Assembly (NCBI GenBank): GCA_965261775.1
Contig: OZ253477.1
Location: 1,738,178-1,802,177 of the forward strand
Source: Gammaproteobacteria bacterium
GTDB taxonomy: Bacteria > Pseudomonadota > Gammaproteobacteria > Eutrophobiales > Eutrophobiaceae
DNA: 64,000 nt
Direction of reading: 5' to 3'
Shown here: positions 20,580 through 31,341 of the stretch, piece after piece
How the letters are laid out: every line of letters starts with the position of its first letter
How positions within the stretch are numbered: the stretch's first letter is position 1
The notes under the pieces: model-generated
The model's input: only the letters and a program-made list of their open reading frames with translations
Database searches by the model: none
Told to the model about the DNA's origin: nothing
Made by a program: the position numbers and the translations under genes

Positions 20580-21986
20580 ATGAAAAATAATACCGCAATA
20601 CCACAACCTGATATTGCTTCGGTCATTTTTCGCGCATATGACATAAGGGGCATCGTCGGCGAGATGTTAAATGAAGATGTTATTTATGAAATTGCCCGGG
20701 CAGTCGGCACCAAGGCAAATGCGCTTGACCAGCAATGTATCATCGTTGGACGTGATGGTCGAAACTCAAGCGCTGGATTGCTTGGGAGCTTAATCAAAGG
20801 TTTACTTGATACGGGCAGGGACGTTATTGATATCGGGCTAGTCCCGACGCCGGTATTATATTTTGCTACCCACCATTTACAAACGGGTAATGGTATTATG
20901 GTAACGGGTAGTCATAATGCCCCCGAGTATAATGGCCTGAAAATCATGCTGGCGGGTAACTGCCTGAGTGGTGATGAAATCAAGGCGATTCAAACCATGA
21001 TTGGTACCGATGCGCTAGTTTCGGGACGAGGTAATCTGAGTCACGTTGACATGGAGGAGGATTATATTCAGCGTATTTGCGAGGATATGCCGTCCGTGCG
21101 GGGTCACCCGTTAAAGATCGTTGTTGACTGCGGTAATGGGGCGGCAGGCATCATCGCACCCCGGCTAATCAGAGCCATGGGACATGATGTGGTTGAGATA
21201 TACTGTGATATTGACGGTGATTTCCCCGGTCATCATCCCGACCCCAGCCAACCAGAGAACCTGCAGGATCTTATCGCAAAAGTGAAAGCGGAAGGCGCCG
21301 ATATCGGTTTTGCATTTGATGGCGATGGTGATCGCCTCGGATTGGTTGATGCGAAAGGTAATATTATTTGGCCCGACCGGCAACTTATGTTGTTGTGCAG
21401 GGATGTCCTGGCGAGAAACCCGGGGGCACAGATCATATTTGATGTGAAATGCAGTCGCCACTTGGAATCAATTATAGAGATTAATGGCGGACGGCCATTG
21501 ATGTGGAAGACAGGCCATTCTTTTATCAAGAACAAAATGAAAGAGGTGAATGCACCACTCGCTGGCGAGATGAGCGGCCATATGTTTTTCAAGGAGCGCT
21601 GGTACGGTTTTGATGACGCTTTATATACCGCTGCCCGGTTTATTGAGATTTTTACTAGCGTACAGGCCACGCCAACGGAATTGTTTATGGGCTTGCCGGC
21701 AGGGGTCTCCACGCCAGAACTCCGCCTGCCTTTGGCAGAAGCCGAGCATCACGATTTTATGGAAAAATTAACTGAAAAGCTGCTGGTGGCCGGTTCCAGA
21801 TTAATCAGTATTGATGGTCTCCGTATTGAGTACAGTGATGGTTGGGGTTTAGCCAGACCTTCCAACACCTCGCCCTGTATCGTCATGCGTTTTGAAGGAG
21901 AAAGTAAAACCTCGCTTAAGCGTATCCAATCCCAGTTTCGCACTGCCATAAAAGAAGTCAAGGCAGATGCGGAAATACCATTTTAA
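20580..21986 (+). CDS. algC: Phosphomannomutase/phosphoglucomutase
   Basis: Active-site loop TGSHNAPEYNGLK, metal-binding DGDGDR and a sugar-binding C-terminal domain. 468 aa, upstream of argB as in Pseudomonas. Confidence 0.93.
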   Translation: MKNNTAIPQPDIASVIFRAYDIRGIVGEMLNEDVIYEIARAVGTKANALDQQCIIVGRDGRNSSAGLLGSLIKGLLDTGRDVIDIGLVPTPVLYFATHHLQTGNGIMVTGSHNAPEYNGLKIMLAGNCLSGDEIKAIQTMIGTDALVSGRGNLSHVDMEEDYIQRICEDMPSVRGHPLKIVVDCGNGAAGIIAPRLIRAMGHDVVEIYCDIDGDFPGHHPDPSQPENLQDLIAKVKAEGADIGFAFDGDGDRLGLVDAKGNIIWPDRQLMLLCRDVLARNPGAQIIFDVKCSRHLESIIEINGGRPLMWKTGHSFIKNKMKEVNAPLAGEMSGHMFFKERWYGFDDALYTAARFIEIFTSVQATPTELFMGLPAGVSTPELRLPLAEAEHHDFMEKLTEKLLVAGSRLISIDGLRIEYSDGWGLARPSNTSPCIVMRFEGESKTSLKRIQSQFRTAIKEVKADAEIPF

Positions 21987-22021
21987 TTATGATAGCAATG
22001 GACATTTTATCTTGAGTATAA

Positions 22022-22942
<921 letters not shown>

Positions 22943-23445
22943 TAAGAGATGATTGCTCTGACACCAAGTCAAACAGACGACAATAGTGAATAAGGGCCTG
23001 CACATCATGCCCGCTGGCCTGTCCGAAGTTGCTCCGTTCCATCATTTTTCCAGAAGGCAAAAATGTTTGAGCCCTGATTGATGAGGAACATTCCGTATTT
23101 GGCTTGATTAATCAGACCATCGGGAATGCGCCTGTCGTCATCAGCCACCATACAGTAATTGTCCAGCTTATATTGGGTTTTGCGGAGAAAACCCGGGAAT
23201 TATGCACATATTGAACAGCAATGTTTTGCTAGACGAGAACGTACAGCTACAAATACGCGCCGTGCCATTTTTTAGATGGTTTGAAATACAGTTACATCAG
23301 ATTTTGCGGGAGGTAAATCTGGTTGAAGGATATAGGGTGTTCAATAATTAGACAACATGGAAGGCAGATGCCTGTTTTCGTGTACAACTCGTTAGTTTGA
23401 GGGAAAATAATAGTTTGGTCAGCAGGCAGGGTTGTTCACATAGCC

Positions 23446-24069
23446 TTATTGGATACCTTTTAATTCTTTAAAGCGCTTGATAGACGCTGTGAGCGTTTCT
23501 TTAATATTCTGCTGCTCTTGGCGTTTTTGGGTTATAAAATCGTTATTTTTTTTCATTTGTTGTTTTAAAGATTTAATATTATTAAGAAAATTTTCTGGTG
23601 GGAGTTTACCTTCCCTTTCCAGTTCAGCGGCTCTTTCAGTATAATCATCAAGATCAGACTGGAGTTTCTTATTACGTTCTTGTGTGAGTTTTATCGTTCC
23701 TTCCAATGCCAAAACACGGTCATCACGCACACGTTCTATGTCATTAACAGAGCTGAAAGTCTTCAGCAGGGCATCATCCATGGTTTTTTGTTTCTCCTCC
23801 CGCTCTTTTCGTTCCGCTTCCAGTCGGGCGAGGCGATCTTTTTCCTCCATTTCTTCCTCTGTTTTAATACGTTCTTTTCTATTGCTTACCCAATTGCCCT
23901 CACTGATTTCCTGATAACCTTTTTGCACGTATTGAGGCGGGACCGCATTACCGCACTCTTTGATCCCTTCATTGTTTACCCAGCACTTTATTAGTGCCTG
24001 AACGTTCCTTGGCGATGTTAACGCACTTGATGCCAATAAAATCAGTAGCGCACTGAATACAGTTCTCAT
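23446..24069 (-). CDS. Secreted DUF4124-like coiled-coil protein
   Basis: Signal peptide, then CWVNNEGIKECGNAVPPQY (DUF4124-like W-x-D/N-x-x-G...P-P motif), then a long charged coiled coil (EEMEEKDRLARLEAERKEREEKQK...). Confidence 0.6.
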   Translation of the reverse strand: MRTVFSALLILLASSALTSPRNVQALIKCWVNNEGIKECGNAVPPQYVQKGYQEISEGNWVSNRKERIKTEEEMEEKDRLARLEAERKEREEKQKTMDDALLKTFSSVNDIERVRDDRVLALEGTIKLTQERNKKLQSDLDDYTERAAELEREGKLPPENFLNNIKSLKQQMKKNNDFITQKRQEQQNIKETLTASIKRFKELKGIQ

Positions 24070-24142
24070 CTTTGACCCTATAATAACAATCATTCGTTTA
24101 ACTCAGTATAACACGGTTGATTTTCTTATATTATACGTAATT

Positions 24143-24784
24143 CTAAGCGCCATATTTTGCTATATAGTTGTAAATTGAATCAAGTTGTGAGGACATTTTC
24201 TCCTTTTTTGATAGGTAGGCAACGATTTCATCTAGTTTAATGATGCTCGTGACTTTTATTCCATGAGTTCGTTCAACCTCTTGCAAGGCGGAATGTTTCC
24301 CCCTTCCGCGTTCTTGGCGATCCAGAGCGATCGTGGTTGCGACGGCACTGGCACCGTTTTCCCGAATGATATCAATGGCTTCTCTGATTGAAATCCCTGC
24401 CGAAATAACATCGTCAACGATTAATATCCTGCCGTTGATTTCGGCACCGAATGTCATCCCTCTCTCTCCGTGGTCCTTTCGCTCTTTTCGATCGAAACAA
24501 AAAGGGTAGTTTTTCCTGTAGCGCTGTTGAAAGGCGATGGCAAGGGCTGATACCAATGGTATTCCCTTATACGCCGGACCATAGATCATGTCAAAATCAA
24601 TCTCAGCATGTTCAATAGCCGCTGCGTAAAACTCGCCCAGTGCCAGCAGGCTTTTGCCATCATTAAACAGGCCGGTATCGAAAAAATAAGGGCTGATACG
24701 GTTGGATTTAAGCCGGAATTCCCCAAAACGTAGTACCTGCTTTTCAATGGCAAACTCAATAAATGCTTTCTGGTATGGCTGCAT
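24143..24784 (-). CDS. pyrE: Orotate phosphoribosyltransferase
   Basis: PRPP-binding motif ILIVDDVISAG and a PyrE N-terminus (QKAFIEFAIEKQVLRFGEF). Confidence 0.93.
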   Translation of the reverse strand: MQPYQKAFIEFAIEKQVLRFGEFRLKSNRISPYFFDTGLFNDGKSLLALGEFYAAAIEHAEIDFDMIYGPAYKGIPLVSALAIAFQQRYRKNYPFCFDRKERKDHGERGMTFGAEINGRILIVDDVISAGISIREAIDIIRENGASAVATTIALDRQERGRGKHSALQEVERTHGIKVTSIIKLDEIVAYLSKKEKMSSQLDSIYNYIAKYGA

Positions 24785-24845
24785 AACTTTTGCCTCTCTG
24801 GATAACTAATGATCTGTTTACCATTATGATACAGTGTAAAGCAAT

Positions 24846-25622
24846 ATGACGAGGATAATTACGCTTAATGTTAATGGCATACGCTCGGCGTATAAAAAAG
24901 GTTTTTTTGACTGGCTAACGCAACAAAAGGCGGATATTGTATGCCTGCAGGAAACCAAAGCGCAGGTTGGTCAACTGCATGATGGAATCCTTAAGCCTGC
25001 CGGTTTCCATGTCTGTTTCAATGATGCTTTGAAGAAAGGCTATAGTGGTGTCGCCATCTACAGCAGGAAAAAACCCAGCAGTACCGTCCGTGAACTGGGC
25101 TGGCCGGAGGCGGATGACGAAGGCCGTTATCTGCAAATTGATTTTACTGGTTTGAGCGTTGTTTCTCTGTACCTGCCGTCTGGTTCTTCCGGCAAAGAAC
25201 GACAGGCGATCAAATTTGATTTTCTCGATCGTTTTATGCCTTTGTTAGAAAAAATGCGTCGGCGACGGCGGCAATATATTATTTGCGGCGACTGGAATAT
25301 TGCACATAAAAAGATCGATATCAAAAACTGGAGAGGAAACCTGAAAAACTCCGGTTTTTTACCAGAAGAACGTGTCTGGATGGACAGGCTGTTCGGCACT
25401 GTGGGGATGGTGGATGCCTTTCGGGTATTGAACCCGAAGGCGGATCAATATACTTGGTGGTCTAATCGCGGTCAGGCCCGCGCCAAAAATGTCGGCTGGC
25501 GCATAGATTATCAGGTCGTTACTCCGGGGTTGAAGGACAAAATCAAATCCGTCACTATCTATAAGGAGCAATGGTTTTCTGACCACGCGCCTTTGATTAT
25601 GGACTACGACCTGGAAATTTAA
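24846..25622 (+). CDS. crc: Exonuclease III-family (EEP) protein, most similar to the catabolite repression control protein Crc
   Basis: ExoIII fold motifs (LNVNGIR, DIVCLQETK). The basic stretch RRRRRQYIICGDWNIAHKKIDIKNW and the C-terminus SDHAPLIMDYD are Crc-specific. The gene lies divergent from pyrE, exactly as pyrE-crc in Pseudomonas. Confidence 0.75.
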   Translation: MTRIITLNVNGIRSAYKKGFFDWLTQQKADIVCLQETKAQVGQLHDGILKPAGFHVCFNDALKKGYSGVAIYSRKKPSSTVRELGWPEADDEGRYLQIDFTGLSVVSLYLPSGSSGKERQAIKFDFLDRFMPLLEKMRRRRRQYIICGDWNIAHKKIDIKNWRGNLKNSGFLPEERVWMDRLFGTVGMVDAFRVLNPKADQYTWWSNRGQARAKNVGWRIDYQVVTPGLKDKIKSVTIYKEQWFSDHAPLIMDYDLEI

Positions 25623-25635
25623 TTTTCAGATTAAT

Positions 25636-26214
25636 TCAGAATAAGTGGCGGCCCAGTTCCAGCAGGGGTGCCACCAGCATGATCATCATCAGGTTTAATA
25701 TCACGATAACGACAAGTGGCGACCAGTCGAGACCACCTGTGGGCGGGATCAGATTCCTCGCCAGTTTTAACAGTGGTTCGCTTAACTGATGCATGATGAT
25801 CGTGCCCGGATTGTATGTTGTCGGGCTGATCCAACTGATGATGATTTGTATGAGGATGATAAAAATATAGATATAAATGGCGGTTTTCAGGATATAGGCG
25901 ATGATAAGCACGGTTAGACTTGCTGCCCCCGGCACATGACCTGTGCTGATCAGCGTGGTCAGCATGATTTCAATTCCTTGGACGGACATCAGCAACAAGA
26001 TGGACGCGCAGTCAATTCTCTTATAGCCCGGAATAACCCGCCGCAACGGTATTAAAGGTGGGTTGGTGATTCTGATAATCAACTGTGACAGGGGGTTGTA
26101 AAAATCCGCCCTGACGCAGGTCAGCATAAAGCGCAGCAGGACAACGATACCATAAAGGCCGAAAGTCACTTCAATAAGAAAAATACCCGCCTGACCGAGA
26201 TAATTGCCAGTCAT
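25636..26214 (-). CDS. yggT: YggT-family membrane protein
   Basis: Two YGGT repeats, four TM segments, downstream of proC. Confidence 0.8.
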   Translation of the reverse strand: MTGNYLGQAGIFLIEVTFGLYGIVVLLRFMLTCVRADFYNPLSQLIIRITNPPLIPLRRVIPGYKRIDCASILLLMSVQGIEIMLTTLISTGHVPGAASLTVLIIAYILKTAIYIYIFIILIQIIISWISPTTYNPGTIIMHQLSEPLLKLARNLIPPTGGLDWSPLVVIVILNLMMIMLVAPLLELGRHLF

Positions 26215-26216
26215 GT

Positions 26217-27041
26217 TTATTCCTCAAATTCTGCGGAAAGCGCTTGCGCTTGTTGTGTTGCTGCCTTGATAGCCTCTTGCACGATGGTTCCCAGATTTTT
26301 TCGTGTAAATACTTCTAACGCCTGCTCGGTGGCACCTCCGGGTGATGTTACCTGTTTTCGCAGTGTTGCCGGGTCGGCACTGGACAAAAGTGCCATCTTT
26401 GCGCTACCCACGGCCGTTTCCAAGATTAACAGCCGTGCTTGCTCTTTATTCAATCCCATATCTTCCGCTGCCTTTTCCATACATTCCATCAGATAAAAAA
26501 AGTAGGCTGGACCACAACCGGACAGTGCTGTCACACAATCCATTTGTGTCTCATCGTTTAACCAGATGGTGCTGCCTACCGAGCGTATTAGAGTTTCCGC
26601 GCAATTTTTTTGTATCTCCGTAACATGCTCATTAGCGAGGAGGGCAGATACTCCCGCCTGTATCAGCGCGGGCGTGTTTGGCATCACCCGTAAAATGGCT
26701 GCTGGATGCCCAAGCCAGCGTGCAATCGAATCCAGTTTTATTCCTGCCGCGATGGAGATGATTAACTTCTCCGTATCTCTCAGCGCAGGGGCGACCTCTG
26801 TGACGACGCCGTGCATAACCTGGGGTTTTACTGCCAGCACAATGATATCTGCCCCTGCGGCAACAGTTTGGTTATCGGCATCGGTGTGGAGCCCGAATTG
26901 TTCGGACAATATCCGCCGTTGTTCTGGATCGGGGTCTGATGCCGCAAGGTGGTCGGTCGGCATGCCGTTTGCGACCAATCCGCCGATCAGGTTTCGGCCC
27001 ATATTGCCACAACCGATAAAGGCAATATTAGTGTTTTCCAT
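26217..27041 (-). CDS. proC: Pyrroline-5-carboxylate reductase
   Basis: IAFIGCGNMG Rossmann motif and a ProC C-terminal dimerisation domain. Confidence 0.93.
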   Translation of the reverse strand: MENTNIAFIGCGNMGRNLIGGLVANGMPTDHLAASDPDPEQRRILSEQFGLHTDADNQTVAAGADIIVLAVKPQVMHGVVTEVAPALRDTEKLIISIAAGIKLDSIARWLGHPAAILRVMPNTPALIQAGVSALLANEHVTEIQKNCAETLIRSVGSTIWLNDETQMDCVTALSGCGPAYFFYLMECMEKAAEDMGLNKEQARLLILETAVGSAKMALLSSADPATLRKQVTSPGGATEQALEVFTRKNLGTIVQEAIKAATQQAQALSAEFEE

Positions 27042-27720
27042 AGCAATGAGCTGGCGTCAAATGGTTGTAGAGGTCGGTCGAGAGGAACAGTAAATGACCA
27101 AAGGTCTCGCACGTAATCAGTGGGGTGTCCAGTTCAAGACAGATTCGGGTACGCGATCGCAGACATTCTCGTAATGCAACGAACAGCTTACGCTGCGTTG
27201 CCAGTGAAACATTTGGTGCAGATAGCGTCATCACGCCCCACCCTCGAAATATTTTCGAAAATTTCAACGCTTTAATGAAGCCGGAGGTGTTATTGGTAGC
27301 GATATCAGGTTTACTCGCTTCGCCGCTGATGTTGACATGGAGGCAGGCATTCAGAACGGACTTTTTTTTTGGTCTCAAGCCATTCAGATGCCTGATTGTT
27401 TTGAACCTGTCAACAGTATACACCCAGTCGAAGTCGCTGGCGATTTGTCCGGTTTTATTGGTTTGGATTGAACCGACGGAATGCCGGACCAGCGTTGAAT
27501 TACTGATGCACGTTATTTTTTTCATTGCTTCCAGGCAGTAATTTTCGCCAAAATGTTTCTACCTTCAAATGTATATCGTGGCCATTATTTTTTTCGAGCT
27601 ATGATTTTTATTGATTAAAGATGCACAGAGTTGTCTAAACGGTTATAGTCTTCTTCTGGAATTTTTAATGCGAACTCTAATTTTAGTCAGGTTAACCGTT
27701 TGTTTCATATAAGAGATGGT
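27028..27720 (-). pseudogene. yggS: PLP-homeostasis protein YggS, disrupted by in-frame stops in the N-terminal third
   Basis: The C-terminal two-thirds is in frame (GSIQTNK..FDWVYTVDR..LHVNISGEASK..GVMTLSAP). Upstream, the same frame reads ...LCASLINKNHSSKKIMATIYI*R*KHFGENY. That is collinear with YggS LLAVSKTKP...GENY but carries two stop codons. A further upstream fragment MKQTVNLTKIRVRIKNSRRRL* matches the YggS N-terminus and also ends in a stop. Confidence 0.6.
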
Positions 27721-27926
27721 GGTCTGTGATTTGAATATTGGACTGAAATATTTCAATGAATGATCGTTACTTGAATTTTATAAAGATAACCATATCTTCA
27801 AGCCTATTTTTATAGGGTATTATAAAGTAAAATTCAAAATTGATCGAAAATATTTTTCGATAATACGCGCTTATTATAACGCGATTAAGTATCATTCATC
27901 TATTGTATTACCTATAGGAGGTATAA

Positions 27927-28961
27927 ATGGATATTAGCGAACTTTTGGCTTTTGGTATTAAAAAAGGTTGTTCCGACGTGCATTTATCATCGGGTTTACC
28001 TCCGATGATACGTGTTGATGGTGACATACGTCGTCTCGATGCTGAGCCTCTGGAGCATAAAGATGTCCATGAGATGGTGTATGACATTATGAACGACAAG
28101 CAGAGGAAGGATTATGAGGAATTTCTGGAATGCGATTTTTCCTTTGAAATTCCCAACTTGTCCCGTTTTCGTGTAAATGCCTTTAATCAAAACCGCGGAG
28201 CAGGAGCTGCGTTTCGCGTCGTCCCTTCCGAGGTTCTGTCGCTTGAAGCGTTGGGGACCCCCAAGATATTTGAGCAAATTGCCGGTTATCCGCGAGGAGT
28301 GGTGTTGGTTACCGGGCCTACCGGTACGGGTAAGTCAACAACACTGGCCGCCATGGTGAACCATAAGAACCAGCATGAACACTCGCATATCTTGACGATT
28401 GAAGATCCGATCGAATTTGTGCATAAAAGCGAAAAATGTCTTATCAATCAGCGTGAAGTCCATCAGGATACGCTTGGTTTTAGTGAAGCATTACGCTCGG
28501 CAATGCGTGAAGATCCGGATGTGATCATGGTCGGTGAACTGCGTGATCTGGAAACCATACGCCTGGCATTAACAGCGGCAGAGACCGGCCATCTGGTGTT
28601 TGCAACCGTGCATACCTCTTCGGCTGCTTCCACTATTGACCGGATAGTTGACGTATTTCCGGCCGCGGAAAAGAGTATGGTGCGTACGATGTTGTCCGAG
28701 TCATTGAGGGCAGTTATCTCACAGGTATTGTTGAAGAAAAAGAGCGGTGGTCGTGTGGCAGCATATGAAATCATGATTGTTACCCCCGCCATTCGTAATC
28801 TGATTCGTGAAAATAAAGCTGCACAGATGTTCTCGGCGATACAAACGGGACAGCAGTTTGGTATGCAGACACTTGACCAGCATCTGCAAAAATTGGTACA
28901 GCAAAATATCGTTGCCCGTCAGGAGGCACTGACCAAAGTGGAAAACAAAGATCATTTCTAG
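27927..28961 (+). CDS. pilT: Type IV pilus twitching-motility retraction ATPase PilT
   Basis: Walker A GPTGTGKST, Asp and His boxes, and the PilT-specific AIRNLIRE motif. 344 aa. Confidence 0.93.
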   Translation: MDISELLAFGIKKGCSDVHLSSGLPPMIRVDGDIRRLDAEPLEHKDVHEMVYDIMNDKQRKDYEEFLECDFSFEIPNLSRFRVNAFNQNRGAGAAFRVVPSEVLSLEALGTPKIFEQIAGYPRGVVLVTGPTGTGKSTTLAAMVNHKNQHEHSHILTIEDPIEFVHKSEKCLINQREVHQDTLGFSEALRSAMREDPDVIMVGELRDLETIRLALTAAETGHLVFATVHTSSAASTIDRIVDVFPAAEKSMVRTMLSESLRAVISQVLLKKKSGGRVAAYEIMIVTPAIRNLIRENKAAQMFSAIQTGQQFGMQTLDQHLQKLVQQNIVARQEALTKVENKDHF

Positions 28962-29038
28962 CGGTTCTTGAAGATAAAATCTAATAAAACTCAGGAACTG
29001 TTCCTGAAAATATATTGGCTTCTTAAAAGAGAATAGAT

Positions 29039-30220
29039 ATGGAAAGAGAAACGGCTATTAGAACAATGCGCGAGCTTCTCAAGCTGATGGTCGATAAAGG
29101 CGGATCGGATTTATTTATTACGGTCGGTTTTCCGCCAGCTATTAAATTTCACGGCAAGGTGGAACCGGTTTCTAAAACCAAACTCAAACCGGAAAATACA
29201 GAGGCGCTGGTGTATGTAGTTATGAATGACAAGCAATTAAAGGAGTATGAAGCCACCAAGGAATGTAATTTCGCTGTTTCGCCTTTTGGTATTGGCCGTT
29301 TTCGCGCCAATGCATTTATTCAGCAGGGTTACTGTGGTTTGGTTATGCGCGTGATCGAAACAGAAGTACCGGAGATTGATAAATTAAGGTTGCCCCCAGT
29401 ATTAAAGGATGTGGTCATGGCCAAGACAGGTTTAATTATTATGGCGGGTGGCACCGGTTCTGGTAAATCAACCTCGCTGGCGGCTATGATCAACCATCGT
29501 AATCAGAATAGCTGTGAACATATTATTACCATAGAGGACCCCATTGAATATGTTCACAAGCATAAGAACTCAATTGTAACACAGCGTGAGGTGGGCGTGG
29601 ATACTGACGACTGGGGAATCGCGCTTAAGAATGCATTACGACAGGCCCCTGACGTCATTCTAATTGGTGAGATTCGAGACCGGAGAACGATGGAATTTGG
29701 TCTTGCCTTTGCGGAAACGGGGCAGTTGGCAATGGCGACCTTGCATGCTAATAACTCCAATCAGGCACTTGATCGCATTGTTAACTTTTTTCCGGAAGAA
29801 CGAAGGGAACAGCTATTGATGGATATATCATTGAACCTGAGAGCCGTTATCTCCCAACGGTTGTTAAAGAAAAAAAATGGAGAAGGTCAGGTGGTCGCTG
29901 TTGAAGTTATGTTGAATTCGCCGCTTATCGCCGACTTGATCCTGAAAGGTGAGGTACATGAAATTAAATCTGTCATGTTCAAATCTGATCGTCTAGGCAT
30001 GCAGACTTTCGATCAGTCTTTATTTGAACTGTACGAGTCTGACCAGATCAGTTACGAGGATGCTGTACGTACAGCCGACTCAATGAACGAATTACGCTTG
30101 AGAATTAAATTGGAAAGCAAAAAAGAGGTAAGAAAGGGGATAAATGATGTAGACCATCTCAGCCTAGAACGAACGCACCACGACAAAAATGACGATAAAA
30201 ATCAGCCAAGAACCCCTTAG
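29039..30220 (+). CDS. pilU: PilU-type type IV pilus retraction ATPase with a charged C-terminal extension
   Basis: Walker A GGTGSGKST and a His box. It lacks AIRNLIRE and has PLIADLILKG instead. 393 aa with an unusual ~40-aa Lys/Asp-rich tail. Confidence 0.88.
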   Translation: MERETAIRTMRELLKLMVDKGGSDLFITVGFPPAIKFHGKVEPVSKTKLKPENTEALVYVVMNDKQLKEYEATKECNFAVSPFGIGRFRANAFIQQGYCGLVMRVIETEVPEIDKLRLPPVLKDVVMAKTGLIIMAGGTGSGKSTSLAAMINHRNQNSCEHIITIEDPIEYVHKHKNSIVTQREVGVDTDDWGIALKNALRQAPDVILIGEIRDRRTMEFGLAFAETGQLAMATLHANNSNQALDRIVNFFPEERREQLLMDISLNLRAVISQRLLKKKNGEGQVVAVEVMLNSPLIADLILKGEVHEIKSVMFKSDRLGMQTFDQSLFELYESDQISYEDAVRTADSMNELRLRIKLESKKEVRKGINDVDHLSLERTHHDKNDDKNQPRTP

Positions 30221-30236
30221 TTTTACAGGAAAATCC

Positions 30237-31304
30237 ATGAATATAGAGCCTTATCTTAAATTAATGATTGAAGAAAATGCCTCCGATATTTTTTTTACGG
30301 TAAATGCGGATGTTAAAATCAAAACAGAAGGCGAGATCAGGTCTGTCGGTAAAACAGTTTTAACTAGTGAATTGATAGAGAAAATTGCTGACAGCATCAT
30401 GGATGAATACCACAAAGAACGATTTAGTAAAGATTTGCAGTGTGATTTTAGCATCAGTTTTTTTGATAGTCTTTCTTCTTCTGCCCGTTTCCGGGCTAAT
30501 GTATTTCGCCAGCGTGGTGATATTTGCATCGTAATACGTTTTATCCCGGGCAAGATTCCAACGTTTCAAGAATTGGGACTCCCGGAAATTTTAGCCGAAT
30601 TGATCATGAAAAGGCGCGGTCTTCTGCTCATAGTGGGTGGAACGAGTTCGGGTAAATCGACAACGATGGCAGCCATGGTTAATCACCGTAATCAAAGCAT
30701 GGCGGGTCATATACTGACCATAGAAGACCCGATAGAATTTAGTCATCCTAACCTTAAATCCATAGTTAGTCAGCGTGAAGTGGGTGTAGACACAAAGTCA
30801 TACCCCGATGCATTGAAGTCAGCAATGCGTGAGGCCCCGGATGTCGTTCTCGTTGGCGAGATTCGTGATCGTGAAACGATGGAGGCAGCTCTTGAATTAG
30901 CCAATACGGGCCATCTGGTCATCGCTACTATGCATGCGGTTAATGCTGACCAAGCGATAGACCGCGTGATTAATTTGTTTCCACAGGAGCTCCATAAACG
31001 GGTATTCACGGATTTATCGTTAAGCGTACATGCGATCATATCACAGCGTCTGGTTCTGAATGTGGATAATGGGCGTTGTGCGGCATTCGAAATTCTGATT
31101 AAGACCCCCTACATTGCCGAACTGATACTGAAAGGAGATGTTGGTAAAATCAAGACCGCTATGAGTGAAAGCGGTCAATACGGGATGCAAACGTTTGATG
31201 CAGCCTTGCTGAACTTATACAGAGAAGGTCGTATTGTACTTGAAGAAGCATTAAGCAATGCCGATTCAAGGTCTGACCTTGAGTCCAAGATCAATTTCAG
31301 CTAG
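30237..31304 (+). CDS. Second PilU-type retraction ATPase paralog
   Basis: Walker A GGTSSGKST, His box GHLVIATMH, and PYIAELILKG. The start is placed at the internal Met (MNIEPYLKLM), 17 nt after the pilU stop. Confidence 0.85.
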   Translation: MNIEPYLKLMIEENASDIFFTVNADVKIKTEGEIRSVGKTVLTSELIEKIADSIMDEYHKERFSKDLQCDFSISFFDSLSSSARFRANVFRQRGDICIVIRFIPGKIPTFQELGLPEILAELIMKRRGLLLIVGGTSSGKSTTMAAMVNHRNQSMAGHILTIEDPIEFSHPNLKSIVSQREVGVDTKSYPDALKSAMREAPDVVLVGEIRDRETMEAALELANTGHLVIATMHAVNADQAIDRVINLFPQELHKRVFTDLSLSVHAIISQRLVLNVDNGRCAAFEILIKTPYIAELILKGDVGKIKTAMSESGQYGMQTFDAALLNLYREGRIVLEEALSNADSRSDLESKINFS

Positions 31305-31341
31305 CTCGCATTTTTTCAGATTACAAAGAGGTGTATCGTTT

